DNA from: Raillietiella orientalis
Lineage: Eukaryota
Direction: 5' to 3'
Assembly: GCA_036172245.1 (NCBI GenBank)
Contig: JAYWIR010000006.1
Span: forward strand, 2,418,001-2,482,000
DNA length: 64,000 nt
Part shown: in pieces, positions 1 through 12,900 of the stretch
How the letters are laid out: each line of letters starts with the position of its first letter
How positions within the stretch are numbered: the stretch's first letter is position 1
Made by a program: the position numbers and the translations under genes
Notes under the pieces: generated by a model
What the model was told of the DNA's origin: nothing
Database searches by the model: none
What the model saw: the letters and a program-made list of their open reading frames with translations, nothing else

Positions 1-1299
1 TCTTTCGTGGAGGACTCCTTCTCAGACTCGACTCGCACGGCCAGAGTCACCACTCTGCGGAATGACCTTTCAGCACGCGAGCTACTCCCCTCTGCTGCCT
101 GCTCCTCCGGGACCTAGTTAGCCCGCTTGTACGTGTCCTTTCCTTCTTCCCGATCCTCCATGGTCAACTCACGAGGCCACGCTGTCAGTAGAGACGACCT
201 ATCCCACCGACATCCGCGGAAGCGCTCTCCCATCCTGGAAGGGCGGGAACACACGGGCAGCCGATGGACCGGCTCGTGAGGGCGACGCCTCCCTCACCTG
301 GATGACTCTCGGAGCCCAACGTTGCGAGCTCTCTCATGGGTCAGCGATCGGTAGCGAGTTATGGTGTCCGACAGAAAGACGTGGTCCTAGGGACCTTATT
401 GTGGCTTGAGGCAACAGTTTCGTGGCTCCGGGCTCCACAAGCGCAAGCGAACCGCACATGCACGACGGTCTTCTAGGAGCACATGAGCAAGAGGAAAAAG
501 AAGGAGGAGGAAGGAAAAAAGGGAGGGAGGTAAAAGGAAAAGGAAGAGAAGAAAAGTAGGATCTTCATTAGTGCCGCAGCTGCGTCGAGCTAGGCTGAGC
601 TACTTCCGATTCTCTCAGCAATGCGCATCCTGGCAACTATGGCCTCAGGCGCCCTGACCTCTTGCCACGACTCGATAGCAGCCGACATCCCCACACAGAC
701 CCTGGTGAACAAGAAAAGGGAATTTCTTGCTTCCGGGAACTCCTTGGAGAAACGCTGGTTTCCCACGGCCCGGCGTTACGAAGGACGCTTGGCAGTCCGC
801 ATGTCGGGATGGTGGTCACGCTCCTGAATGCCATGCTGCCTGGGAGCGACTGAAGCCTCTCGCATGTCGCCCATAGGGTCAGCAGTACGAGCATGTTCAT
901 CCTCCCAATGAAATCAGGAGGTTCGTCCGGATCCCACGGTCAGTGCCCAAGAAGGCAGCTGAAGGGACGGACAGGCAAGCCAGCTCTGCCGAACTCCGTC
1001 AGAAACCCAGCCGACGGTATTCGTGGTTTCCCCTGGGTTCACAGGGATCTCAGGATCCTAAGGACGACAGTGCGTGGAAAGCTCTAAGCACTTTCAAGAA
1101 CGGACGCGAACCAGCTCTGTTGAACGGGCGCACCACACAGAGTGTATATGCCCAGATCTTGCAGTTTCCAACGTCTTCATGCCCTCTTCACCCTTTCGTT
1201 CTTCCTGTCTTCTTGTTCTCGTTTCCAAGAATCATCTGTCTGCCACCACATCAACTAGCTCCAGTTCCCCTTAAGAGCAGATGTCCCGAGCGATCCGTC

Positions 1300-1595
1300 C
1301 ATAGGGAGTTGCCTCAACCCGTGGGTCCCATGGATATCTCGGCCATCTTCGACCAGCCACAGGGCACCTTGTCCTACGGGGGTGCCTCAGAAGCATCTCC
1401 AGCTCTCCTGCCACCTCTTTATTTTGAAAGATGCTGGAGACAAGACTGTTAGGGAGCTGGGCATCCCTAGTCAACAAAGGGGGGGGGGGGACAGTCACGC
1501 AGCACCTCGTTTTACAAGGCGCCCTGTGGCTTGTTGCCCCCGACATCGGAGATAGCTGAGATACTCATGGGACCCACAGGCTGGTGTATCTCCCG
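1300..1595. repeat. Short inverted-repeat pair (~1313-1371 and ~1513-1584)
   Basis: GTGGGTCCCATG..TATCTC.GC.ATCT.CGA...AGCCACAGGGC.CCTTGT occurs on both strands. Confidence 0.75.
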
Positions 1596-2339
1596 ATAGA
1601 AGAAGGGGTTCTTCAACCCTTCTTTTTGAGCCGTGCGTGACGCTGTTGCCAAAGCGACGGGTGAACGCGTCTTCCTCGCATCCGTGCGGGCCAGCAGCGA
1701 TAGCGCCGGCACGACTCTGCAGGGAGCCCACGTAAAGACTGCTGCGAATTCTTGGAGAGGGAAGAAGCGACTCTCCAGAGAAATTGCATTCCTGAGAGCC
1801 GTCGTTCCCTTCATTGTGGGGTCCGGGAATGAATTAAAACTCACAAAAGGAATCCTTTAATTCGATTCTGCGCTAAGGAGCCGCATACCTCCCTCCGCGT
1901 AAAGTTTGGATCCCCGAAACAGAAGTTTCCCTCGCAGACTTCGTTGGGAGCCGTTGATTATTCCACTCTTCTTCCTTCCGGTATCTCTGATGGTTTTGGC
2001 CTTCCGCCCGAAAGAGTTGGATTGGTTCCGACCGTGGCAGGATCCTCGGATCGTCTGGGTTGATTTTTGGAGACTACCTTGCTCCTCCGAGACCACCTTC
2101 TCCGGTGTTCCCGGAGGAAGAAGACATCCTGGACCCAAGGTTGGTGGAGTCTCCTTTTCTGCGGTTCGTCCCGAAGCCTTCGAAGACGCACCGAAGTCGG
2201 TCATTCGCGGCCCTATTTGGCGCTTTCATTGAGACGACTCGCTGCCACGGAAGAGAAGTGAATTCTATGGGGAAGGGTCAGAGAAAATTTTCTTGAGCAG
2301 CAATGGACAGGGAAGCATTTTAATGGGTTCCTACAAAGC

Positions 2340-2800
2340 ATGGATTGAAGTAAGGAATGAATCGACATGAGCCGGAGGGAGACGCTCCATTTTTCTTCTC
2401 CGAAGGGAACCCGGAAAGGATCTGCTATTAGAAATTGCTTATCCGGAGGGAATCCCCGCATGGGGAACCGCTCCTGTTTTCTCCTCCTCTGAAGAACCCC
2501 GAAGGGCTTCCGAAATCTCCCAGAAGGACGCTCCCGAAGGGTGCGGCACACTTCTCTGCACTCTCTGGAGAGGTGGCAACATACCTACTCCATGGTAGGA
2601 TACGGCTTTTTGGCTAAGATCAAAGTGTAGGATACGGAAGGCCCTCCTCGAAAAGGGGGTCTGCTCCTTCGCAACTGGAGGGGAAACTCCCACTCCTTGA
2701 TTCCTGAAGATTCCTGGGGGAATTTTGGCTGGCTCATGCGGGATTACCCGCTCTCTGGAAAGGAAGTACTTGACATTTGCGTGTTTCCAGGCAACCAAAG
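2340..2800 (-). mobile_element. SINE-like repeat body without a clear head
   Basis: The reverse complement contains CCTCTCCAGAGAGTG..GAAGTGTG, TTCCAGGAATC-like and CCCTCCGG..GATTCAT motifs shared with the other copies. Confidence 0.55.
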
Positions 2801-3329
2801 ACTCCGTTTGGTGCGGTGATGAAGGTTGCAGGATGGACGGTTCAGTGCCTCAAGGATAGGAGCCGAAAACGGCCTGAGAGTTTGGGATGGCCTTCATGGA
2901 GGCGATTTTGCTTTCCTACTGCAGCACGAGCTCATATGATGAGCACAGAGCAGAAAACGCAGTTGCTGCTGCATCCTCACGCTCATCTTCGCTTTTTCCC
3001 TTCCCCTCCTCGTGCTGACTGCGGTCCTACTGTAGCTTTATCCAGGGCTTGTGGTGACCGAGGGAGGGGGGAAATCTCTCCGGCTTCCTCCTCTTCCTGG
3101 AACTGCCTGTCCCCCAAGTTCTTGAAGAGAAAGGGCGGGTACACTGCAGACCCGCAAGAAGGTGGGTAGCGTTTCTTCGTTGAGGTGAAGGATTGCCGAG
3201 AGGTTCACTGCTGGGGTTCGAACCGGCGGCCTCGTTCTCGGCGCTACGCCAATCGCGCCAGCCCGGGCGCTGTCGCCGCGCGAGCGTACGAAGGGCAAAC
3301 AACAGCAAGTGCAACGACAACAAGTGGTT

Positions 3330-3715
3330 GCCGTGTGACTGTCATTTTGAGTGTGACACCAGACGTAGCGGGTTCGAATCCCGCCCAGGAAAAGATCGAC
3401 GTCGAGAATGGGGGGTGCGTCCTGGGTTTCGAGTGTCTTCCGCAAGATAACGTTGCTTGGTCTGTAGGCTTCGAGTGCTGCAATGCTGGAAGCCGGATGC
3501 TCCCGTTGACTAGCCGGGATTGGAAGCTGACCCTTCGGGATCCCTCCAGGAATCAATAAGCCTTAAAGTTTTCCTCCTGTTGGGAGAATGGGGTCGCCCC
3601 CCTTCTCCTTCTCAGGGAACTCCGACCGTACCATGGAGCTGATTGATACTCCCCTCGAGGGTTGCCTCTCCAGAGTGTAAGAAGCGCGCTGCTCCCTTCG
3701 GGGGGCGTCTCTCAC
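3330..3715 (+). mobile_element. tRNA-headed SINE-like repeat (3'-truncated)
   Basis: GGGTTCGAATCCCGCCC at 3370-3386, then AAGATCGACGTCGAGAA, and the body motif GTTGCCTCTCCAGAGTGTAAGAAG at 3661. Confidence 0.7.
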
Positions 3716-3899
3716 AACCAATAGGTGAAGTCAGGTCGGTTGGAAAGGAACTGTTCCTCTCGAGAGAGCAGAGGTCAGCGTTTGCGTGACGTGCGAGACG
3801 AGACACTGACTCGTGGCACCGGTGATCTGAGACACACGCGCCTACGTGCGGCACGGACCTTCCGGAGTTTCCAGAACAGCGTTCCTGGCATCTCCCGAA

Positions 3900-4832
3900 G
3901 AATGTCGACGGACAGGTCCCTCACGTTTTTTGCGCGGACGCTTCCGCCTTCGGATGTCCTTTGTCGTTTTTCGGCCGCCTCTTGCGGACGTCGCCAAAAG
4001 TTACGGGCGCTCGACGCGCCCGCGCAGAAGAGCAGGAGGCGGGCGATCTTACACAGCTCGACCCGGGGGCGTTCGCGGACTATTTTCCCCATGCTGTCCG
4101 TTGGAGGATGTGTTGCAGGACCAAGGCAAGTGGACTCGCCCGGCCACCATTCCCCTCGACGCAGCGCTGCCTGTCCTAAGGGCAAGCGACGACAGCTGCA
4201 TTAGAGTTCCCATTGCAGCCAGCGCTCCCATTTTGTTTCCAGAGCAGTGGAATCGCTTCTACACCGCTCTTCGACTGCAGTGCCCTCCTAGGAATGCGGC
4301 AGAGGCCGCCTTCAGCGCTGCGTCGACCATCTGCACCAGGGAGACACCGCCATCGACGTCATGTCCGCTTCTTCGCGCGCGGCGGCCTCTCGCTAGATGC
4401 GGCCATCGCAACGATCTGTTGCATCCGCGCCATCGTCATGGCCTGCCACGTGTTGGAGTCTCGAGCTACCCCAATAGAGGTCACCAGGATTGCAGCCTCC
4501 AACATGAGGACGGCGGCCAGGTGGTCTCATCTCAAGGAAAAAGCAAAGAAGGAGATCGCCGGCATTCAAGGTCGGTTCCGAAAGGATGGAACGGCAGAAG
4601 TAGAAAACCCGTGTTCCTTCTCCATCCCCCCCCATATCTTTTTTTTTATTATCTAGACATCCATTTGTGGTCTTCCTCCCTCCCATTCAGGACTTTCAGT
4701 GCGATCGACCTGCGTGCCGGGGAGTCCTCCCCTGGAACTTCTTTTCGCTTTGCTTGGGAACTTGGTTCTTAGATGGCTTGTTCTTTTTTTTTTTGAATAA
4801 ACACCCCCGGGGAGACGGCCCGATGATAAACC
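3900..4832 (+). mobile_element. 3' fragment of the L1/Tx1-like family
   Basis: AIATICCIRAIV...MRTAARWSHL...EIAGIQGR is homologous to the C-termini of other copies. It has a T-rich UTR and the terminal AATAAA/CCGG motif at 4796-4832. The left boundary is a guess. Confidence 0.7.
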
Positions 4833-6249
4833 AGGCGGGTTCTGCCGAGGACGTGGCGAAAGCGTCATGCGTGCCTCTGTGCGAACGGTGCCGCGCGGTC
4901 GGCTTCTCGACAGGTCGCATTTACCCAGCGGTTCCTCTTTTGATCCATGAAGTCCCTGTGCAAACGCTGTGGAAACATCCGGGTCCGTTAGAACCGGACG
5001 TTGCTGTGGCGTGTAAGTTCCGCTCCGTGTGCTTCCGCAACCCTGGCAACGTGGATGTCGTTCGCCAGCAGCACGCTCTTTCGCATGAGAAAGCACCAGG
5101 CATCAATAACGGAAGGAGAGCGCGAGAAGCTCCCAGGGGCAGCTGCACCCTCCTCTGACCTCTTCTGCTAGCACCACGACCAGAGTTCTAGGCGAGGACG
5201 AAGAAAGAGGGAGACGAGGCGCAGGTTCCCGACGACGAGCACCACCAGCGCCACCTGGAACTGCTTCCTTCTCCCCCACAGATACCGGCCGACCACTATG
5301 CTTCTGTGCTGCCTCGAGAGAAGCCCTCGAGGAAGCCCACCCGACTCTTACAAGCGCCTTCCAGTTCGAGGAACTCGGATGGATCGTTCTTCTAGAAGCT
5401 TCTAGAAGGCAGTCTCTGCCGCGCTCGTGGAGCCGGCATGTCCTCGACAGACTTCCAGAGGAGCCACCACTACAGAGGGAGGGTTGTCATTTTCTCGCAC
5501 CACTCGCTTGCTCCTCCGTGCCCGGAGGGAGACGACGGGAATTCCCGAAGAGCGCGGAGACCCAGTCATGGAAGGGGGACTCCGCACCCGAGCGAGCAGC
5601 CACTCCTGCTCACGGAGCGCGCTTTCCTCTCAAGAGCGGGAAGATCCCGCTTGATCCCCGCGCACCCCCGCTCGCGACGATCAGATGCTCTCTGCACCAT
5701 CTTTCAGGAGCGCTGGACGACGTGCCAGGGAGCAGCGCTCTACCCCTCTTGACAGCCGCCCGCACTCCGGAATTCCAGCTGATCGCGGACGCGCTATCAA
5801 GCGACTAGTGTCCTGAGAGCTCGGCGCGTGCGCATTTCTCTTCTTTCCTAGATGAACGGATGGGCGGACAAACGATGGTGCATCCGCACCCCTGTCGACC
5901 AGAGTTCCATACCCCTGCCCTTCTCCTGCGGCGGGACTGGTTGCGCGCCTCGGGACTCGTCCAGACGCGTGTCTTCCACGTGCGTCCGCAGCGTCCGGCT
6001 CCCGCGTGGGGCAGCAGTTCCTCTTCCGAGGAAAGGGCGGTTCCCCGGGGGGAGCTCTCTACTAGGGAAGACGTGCAGGAGGATGCCGCACCGCTGCTGG
6101 ATCCCGTAGACGTGTCCTAGCGTCCAGGACCCGCGTTCCGCGGCTGACGCGGCTGACGGCGGCTCGAAGGGGGTCGTCTTTCTTCCCAAGATGGAAGGAT
6201 AGAAACCTCACCGGAGGGCACGGTTAGGCATCCTCGTACCTAATCGCCG

Positions 6250-8900
6250 TGTCAGTTCAATTTTTTTCGAGATGAATAGATTGAGAGATAAGTAGAGCAG
6301 GAGGCGAGATGGACTCGCCCTATGGAAAGTCCATCCCACGGTTCCTTAGGACCTCCGTTGGGAGGAGACGGGAAGGGGAGAAAGGAGTGCTTCCTACTCT
6401 GACCACAGAAGAACTGGATGATGGGGATTGCTATTCGCAGGAAGCGAGCTGCATACTCCATGACATCCCTGTCGTTTGCATCTTCGACTTCGTCGGATCC
6501 ACTCCAAGCCGCCACAATACCGCGGATGCAGCTAAGCGCTGCTACGGCTGCGGCTGGCTGCAGGGCGTCCCGCACGAAGAGGAGCCGAAAAACGTCTTTG
6601 GGAGGGCTGCCCACCAGGATCATCAGGGTTGTTCCCAAAGGGACCGGAGGGCAACACAGTCAACTAAAAGGTGCGGGAGGGATTCCCGTTCCCCGCACTT
6701 GGTATTCGGATTCACTCGCCCCCGTGTCCAGTGGCGGCGGCGCGCGTTGCAGGGGAGGCCCCAGTGCAACAGCATAAGCGCCGACTCCTGCCGCTTTAGG
6801 GGAAAAAGATCCTTCTTCCGGTTATCACTGGGGGCCACTTCAGGTCATCCGTGGAGATGCCGAGCAGCTCTCTGCATTTCTTCAGTCCTTGCGGAAGGAC
6901 GCTCTGGGTCGTGGCGTCCGCCAGCTGTCCCATGGTCCAATCATTCATCAACTTTTCTCTGCCTGCGATACGGCAAGAGACTTGCCACCTCGGCGTCCAG
7001 CTGCTAAGAGGGCCATCCGTAGAAAGGGCAACGCCGCCGTAGCTAGGTAGGTCGTCTCTGCCCACGTGCTCCTGACTGGACACTCCAGTATCTCGCGCAG
7101 AGTGCAGCGAGAGTATCGGCTGCGTCGCAGGCTATTCCACGTCTCGTGGCTCCTCTGATTCACTACCGCCCACGTGCCAACTGTTTCTTCCAGCCATTCG
7201 CTGGAATTGACGGGGCTGCAGATCATCCACGCATTCTCCTTCGCCGGAGTGGCTATTCGTCCGAGGAGAAGGACGCATCTTCTTATCTTCTTTTTACGAC
7301 ATAAGAGATGAGATGCAAGTCCTCCCGTTCCGGACACACGTCTGGCGAGGAAGCGGGCCGGAACACACCAAGGAGTGCTCCAAAACTTCTCTGCGATGGC
7401 CAAGGTTAGCCATCGCAGCTGAATTTCCATTCGCTTCAGTGTCAGGAGGCCAAGACCGCCATCCCGACGCGGAGCGCACAAGTCCATCAAGGGGACTCGG
7501 GGCCTCCCCTTGCCCCAAAGGGCGATGCGCAGGAGGTCCTTCGTCCTCTTCTTTATTTCCACGGCGAAGGGGCAAACAAAAAGTAGGGGGCGAAGGATGG
7601 GGGCCGCAAACGCGTTCCATACCGCGGCCCGTTCCGGAAAGTGAAACGGGTCAGGAACGGGACGATCGCCAACTCCACTTTCTGGAGACGACCTGACCAG
7701 GACCTGACCCAGGGCAGAAGTCTCCCAACGGAACGTCAAGGTACTTCAAGTACCTGCCCGTGGGGATCCCCAAACGGATGCAATCAGGCCATCCTGCCCA
7801 CATCGCTCGAACTGCCATCACCGACGATTTTGCCTTGTTCACCCGCAGTCCAGTCCCGCGGCTTAGCAGATCGAAGAAAGTTTCGACTGGGGCTGCCGGG
7901 GAGGGCATGGGCAGCAGGAACAGAAGATCTTCGGCATATGCCGACGATCTGTTCCACGTCGTGGGCATATGCCGACGACGTGGAAGGATGGGGGAGGCGT
8001 TCTTTGGGCATGCTCCTCGGCATGATCCGAGGTGCCTTGGAGTGCGTCAGGTGCAATCTTTGGGGACGCTTTCGCACGCCATCCGCCGCGTCCTCCATGG
8101 TGCAGGAGGCTCCGCGCGCAGCAACTGGAGGGTCCGAAGAAGTGAGCAGGTCATGGGATAACCCTCCCTTCCCCTGCCATGTGTCGGTAGTGTGCTGGCA
8201 TCTTAGAGAAGCGGGAAGGAGGCATCCGTGAAGCCCAAGGCATTCCAGGAAATTTCCTCGAGCTCCTCCGCGACCCCCCTAAGCCGGGTGGAGGGAAGAG
8301 GGAGAGGAACGGGCTGAAGGGCGAAAATTCCGCGCAAAGAGGTCACGTCGGCATCGCCACCGCGCTGAGACGGCGCGAGCGGACCTCCTGGTCGTGGCGG
8401 CGAGCGGGGAGCAGCTGGCGGAGGCGGCGGCGCTCACATCAGTTCGTTCCACGCCGATGGTCGGCTTCGAAGGCTGCGTGCTCGGGAGGCAGAGGGCGGG
8501 TTCGCTCCGACCGCCGCTGACCCGAGCGCTTAGTCATCGGGAGGCTGGCGCGACGGATTGCGAGGGAGAGCCATCTCGTGTCGAACTCTGCAAAGCGTTC
8601 CCCTCCCCCCTTTCGGATGCTTTTCTTCCCTAGTTTCATCTGCAGCAGCAGTCGTCGCGTACAGCAGGCGATCCCGGGCGAGAACGTTGAGACTGCTTGA
8701 GAAATCGCAAGCAAGGGTAGGGGAGGGAAGAGAAACGGGAATTATCGAGGAGTCCCTCGAGGTCGTAGGCATAGGTGGCTTGCTGGAGAGGATGCTAAGA
8801 CCACAATCTTACGCTGCTGTGAGTCTCGGCGGTTCCTCTTCCCGAGGAAGCAGATCAAAACTGTGCCCTTTGCGGTCTCTCCGAGAGGGACGACCGCTTC
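6250..8900 (-). mobile_element. Second L1/Tx1-like copy, inverted relative to the 10-14 kb copy
   Basis: 7172-7944 is the near-exact reverse complement of 12221-12992. 6250-7170 is a diverged 3' end (LHWGLPCNA..KCGERESLPHLLVDCVAL). 7950-8700 carries degenerate upstream RT motifs (SAYAHDV, PEHAAF). The upstream limit is uncertain. Confidence 0.85.
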
Positions 8901-9999
8901 GCGAGCGCCTGCGTCGTCCCGGGAGCCGCCCAAGGAAAAATGCCGCGCCGACCATCCGCGCGGAGAGCCCGCGGGGAGTGGCCCAGCCACTAGGGACGGG
9001 GACGCATTCCCGACAGCGGAACAACCCCAACGGCCTTCGCCGGCAGTAGTCCCTTGCCCCCTCGTTAGGTCCCGGCGTGATCCTCGAATCAGACAGAGAC
9101 AAATCAGGGAGGATCGCGCGAATCTGGATTGTGGTCCCCCAATGTTTCATTCCCATCATCGCGGGCAGCCAGTCACGTAAGGGAGCAAAAAAGCCCTAGC
9201 GTTCCGCCGGAATGCTAAGAAGCCATTAAAGGGCACTATCAACGCTGAGAAAGTGAGGGAGCCCCTTTCTTGGGGATTCGCTCCCTCTGAGCCAAGGAGG
9301 CGCTCGCGCTGCGTTTCCTGAAGACCTGCGTCTCCGAAGAACGTCTCCTCCGGAAACGCATTAGCCGAGGGAACGAGCCTCGTGAGGGCTGCAAAAGGTA
9401 CTTTGGTTGTTATGGCAGACGACCTTGGGATTCCTTACACGCGTGTGGTCGGGGTGGAGCAGCGGCGCGGAGAAGGGCTGCGTGGTTCTCGGCCGGGTGG
9501 GAGAGCTGCCCCTCGGATCTCCGGAAGCAACGGAGGGCGCAGAGCGGGGGAGGAGTTCAAGAACTCCGTCCGCCTCCCCTGGATTCGCCCGGGCGTGCGG
9601 CTCCTCTCCAGGAAGAACTTTCATCTTCGCGCTTCGGATGAACTTGTCCCGGTAACTCACGGCATCTCGGAACGACAGGCTGGAGTACACTTCCGTCTTT
9701 CCCCCCTGGCGATGATTCAGAACGAGGGAGAAGATGTCGGCTCCGCCTCTGTCTGCTAACCCCGCCACGGAGTGGTCACCTCCGGACCCACCCTGGAGGC
9801 ACGCAAGCTGCGGAGGATGGCGTGGAAGCTTCCCGGCGCCGCTCCTCGCCGGTTCCCCGGATTCCAGAGAAGAAAGACCAGGTCTGCAAGAAACACGTAG
9901 GGGATCAAGGTCCACCAGGAAGCAAGGAACGGCCTGCGCCTGCTCCCCCGCGGGGTTTCTCTATGCTGTCCTCTCCCAATAAAGCGGGGACCCTGAGCA

Positions 10000-12900
10000 G
10001 GACCAGGCGACGGATTCCCGGACCTCTTCCGAGAGGGAGAGGAGGAGCACTCCTTCGCGGCTTCTCCCACCGAGGGCATCCAGAACGCTTACTCCCCCCG
10101 CAGGTCTTCGACGTCCTTCCCGTGGCCTTCGGAGGTCCCTCCGCTCCCAGGCGGGAAAGGGGGCCTTCGACCCCTCGGCGGAGGAGGGGAGCAACCATGT
10201 CCCTTTCCTTTAGCGGCTCGAGGGGTTCAGGGGTTCCTCCGACCCACCGTCGCCGTAGCGACCTCCGGGAAAGGCGGGAAAGGGAGACTTTTCTTCGAGG
10301 CAGAAAGGAGGAAGCCCCCGAGGAGGGAGGAGCGACCCTTCTGGTCAGTCCGAGAACCCTCGGGCTGACCAGCAGCCGATGAGCTTGCGGCCTTCTGCTA
10401 AGCACCAGACAGTCTCCCACCAGGCATACCCCCCGTTTCGCCCCCCATAGGGAGGGCAGCGCTGCTTTTAATGAGGCAGAGGTGGCTCGCGTCTCCTTAC
10501 GGCAACCTGTGGCCGGTCAGGAGAACGGAAGCCTGCAGTCACCGCGAGACGACGGAGCACACAAGTGTCTTCGACTGTCCAGTGCAAAGGGCAGCAAAAT
10601 GGCGGCGACGCCTCCGTCTCGGATTCACGAAGAACTCCACCTGAAGGCTCTGAGCAGCGGAGCGTCACAACTGTGGCCATCTCGGTCACGTCAAGGTGCG
10701 CAGCCTCCGAAACCTCGACGAGGCACGAGCTCATCGATTTGTGCGCCCATCGATTTGTGCGCCGCCATGCGTGTGCGCAAGTTGATGAAGGGGGACTCGG
10801 AAATAGAGGACAGCATCGGCCACCGTCTTCCTCGACTACGACCTGTGCGGATAGGTCGGAAAACGAGGGAGACTTCCGTCGACGCAGTCCGACCAATACC
10901 GGCTGATAGTCGAAATCTAGCCACGCAATAAGGGACCCCTGTTCAGGGCATGGCGCCTGCCGGGGGATTGGGCGAGTCTCCCAGGTGCAGCGAAACATCG
11001 CCAATTCCAGAGAGGCGTCACCCTCCAGAATCTCGAGGATTGGGACCGCCTTAAGGTCTCGGTCCGCGAGTTTTGCGAGGAGTTCCCCCTGGGACGCCTC
11101 CGCACCGGGTTCGGGGAGGGTCTTCGCAACGAAAGGGAGTATTTACACTCCCGTCGTTACGCGAGGACCCCCAACGTCCGTCGCTTGGCTGAGTACCGAG
11201 CCGGGGCCGAGCGCCAAGCCTGGCAATCCGGGTCGCCCACCTTGCTGGACGACCAGGGCCGGGAACACTCGGCCCTGGCCGCGATACGACACATCGTCCG
11301 TAGATTTTATTCCTCCCTTTACGCCAGAGCGCCTCCCTAGCGGGATGCCTCGTGGCTCCTGCTTCCGGATGAAGCCCCGGCTATAGGGAAGGAGTAGAGG
11401 GAAAGCCTCTGCAAGCCTTTTACGACCGGTGAAATTATCACCGCGATTAAAAGGCTCAAGAGGCGGAAGGCACAAGGGGAGGACGGCCTGCCCGCGGATT
11501 TTTTTCAAAGCTTCGCGGCAGAGATGACCCCCTTGGTGCTTAGGTTGACCAGGCTGGTCCGAGACGAAGGCAATATTCCCGCCTCGTTCCGGGTCAGCTA
11601 GGGTGAGGCTCCTTGCTAAGGGGAGAGACTTTCGTAAGCTAAACAACTGGCGTCCGATCACGGTCGTGAACACGGACGCCAAGTTGGTCGCAAACTGTGG
11701 GCTGTGCGACTCGGATAGGTGGCCAACTCCATAATTAGCCCGGAGCAGACTTACGCTGTTCCCGGGCGAAGTATGGAAGCCAATCTGGTCTTCACCAGCA
11801 CATGGTTTCATGTGCAAAGCGAAGTGAAAGAGCTGAAGGGAAATTGTGAGGGGAGCTGAGTCGGCAACACCAATTTGGGGAGCCCGCTGGGCAGGGTGGG
11901 GACAGCCGGGTGGGAAAGGGAGCCCTAGAGATCGCAGTCGATCTCCATAATGCGTGGATCAGGGGCTTCTTCTGGAGCTCCTGGATCACATGGGCTTCCC
12001 ACCCTCCTTAACGGCGTACCTGCACTCCTTCTGGCGCGCCGCGCTGACGAACATCTCTTTCAGGGGACAAAACGTGTACGGCGTGCCGGTACGGCGGGGC
12101 ATACGGCAGGGCGATAGCCTCAGTCCCCTGCTCTTTAGCACCTACTTTGAGTTGATGCTCAGAGCGTATAGGGCGACTTTGGCTGCCCTGCTGAGCTCGT
12201 GCCTCGGCACGCCTGCCGTGTCGGCATATGCCGACGATCTTCTGTTCCTGCTGCCCATGCCCTCCCCGGCAGCCCCAGTCGAAACTTTCTTCGATCTGCT
12301 AAGCCGCGGGACTGGACTGCGGGTGAACAAGGCAAAATCGTCGGTGATGGCAGTTCGAGCGATGTGGGCAGGATGGCCTGATTGCATCCGTTTGGGGATC
12401 CCCACGGGCAGGTACTTGAAGTACCTTGACGTTCCGTTGGGGGACTTCTGCCCTGGGTCAGGTCCTGGTCAGGTCGTCTCCAGAAAGTGGAGTTGGCGAT
12501 CGTCCCGTTCCTGACCCATTTCACTTTCCGGAACGGGCCGCGGTATGGAACGCGTTTGCGGCCCCATCCTTCGCCCCCTACTTTTTGTTTGCCCCTTCGC
12601 CGTGGAAATAAAGAAGAGGACGAAGGACCTCCTGCGCATCGCCCTTTGGGGCAAGGGGAGGCCCCGAGTTCCCTTGATGGACTTGTGCGCTCCGCGTCGG
12701 GATGGCGGTCTTGGCCTCCTGACACTGAAGCGAATGGAAATTCAGCTGCGATGGCTAACCTTGGCCATCGCAGAGAAGTTTTGGAGCACTCCTTGGTGTG
12801 TTCCGGCCCGCTTCTTCGCCAGACGTGTGTCCGGAACGGGAGGACTTGCATCTCATCTCTTATGTCGTAAAAAGAAGATAAGAAGATGCGTCCTTCTCCT

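Noticed and set aside
3350..3400. Functional tRNA genes at the GGTTCGAATCCC sites (also 26420, 32120, 60990)
   Set aside because: No convincing cloverleaf, and each is attached to the same repeat body, so they are SINE-like heads.
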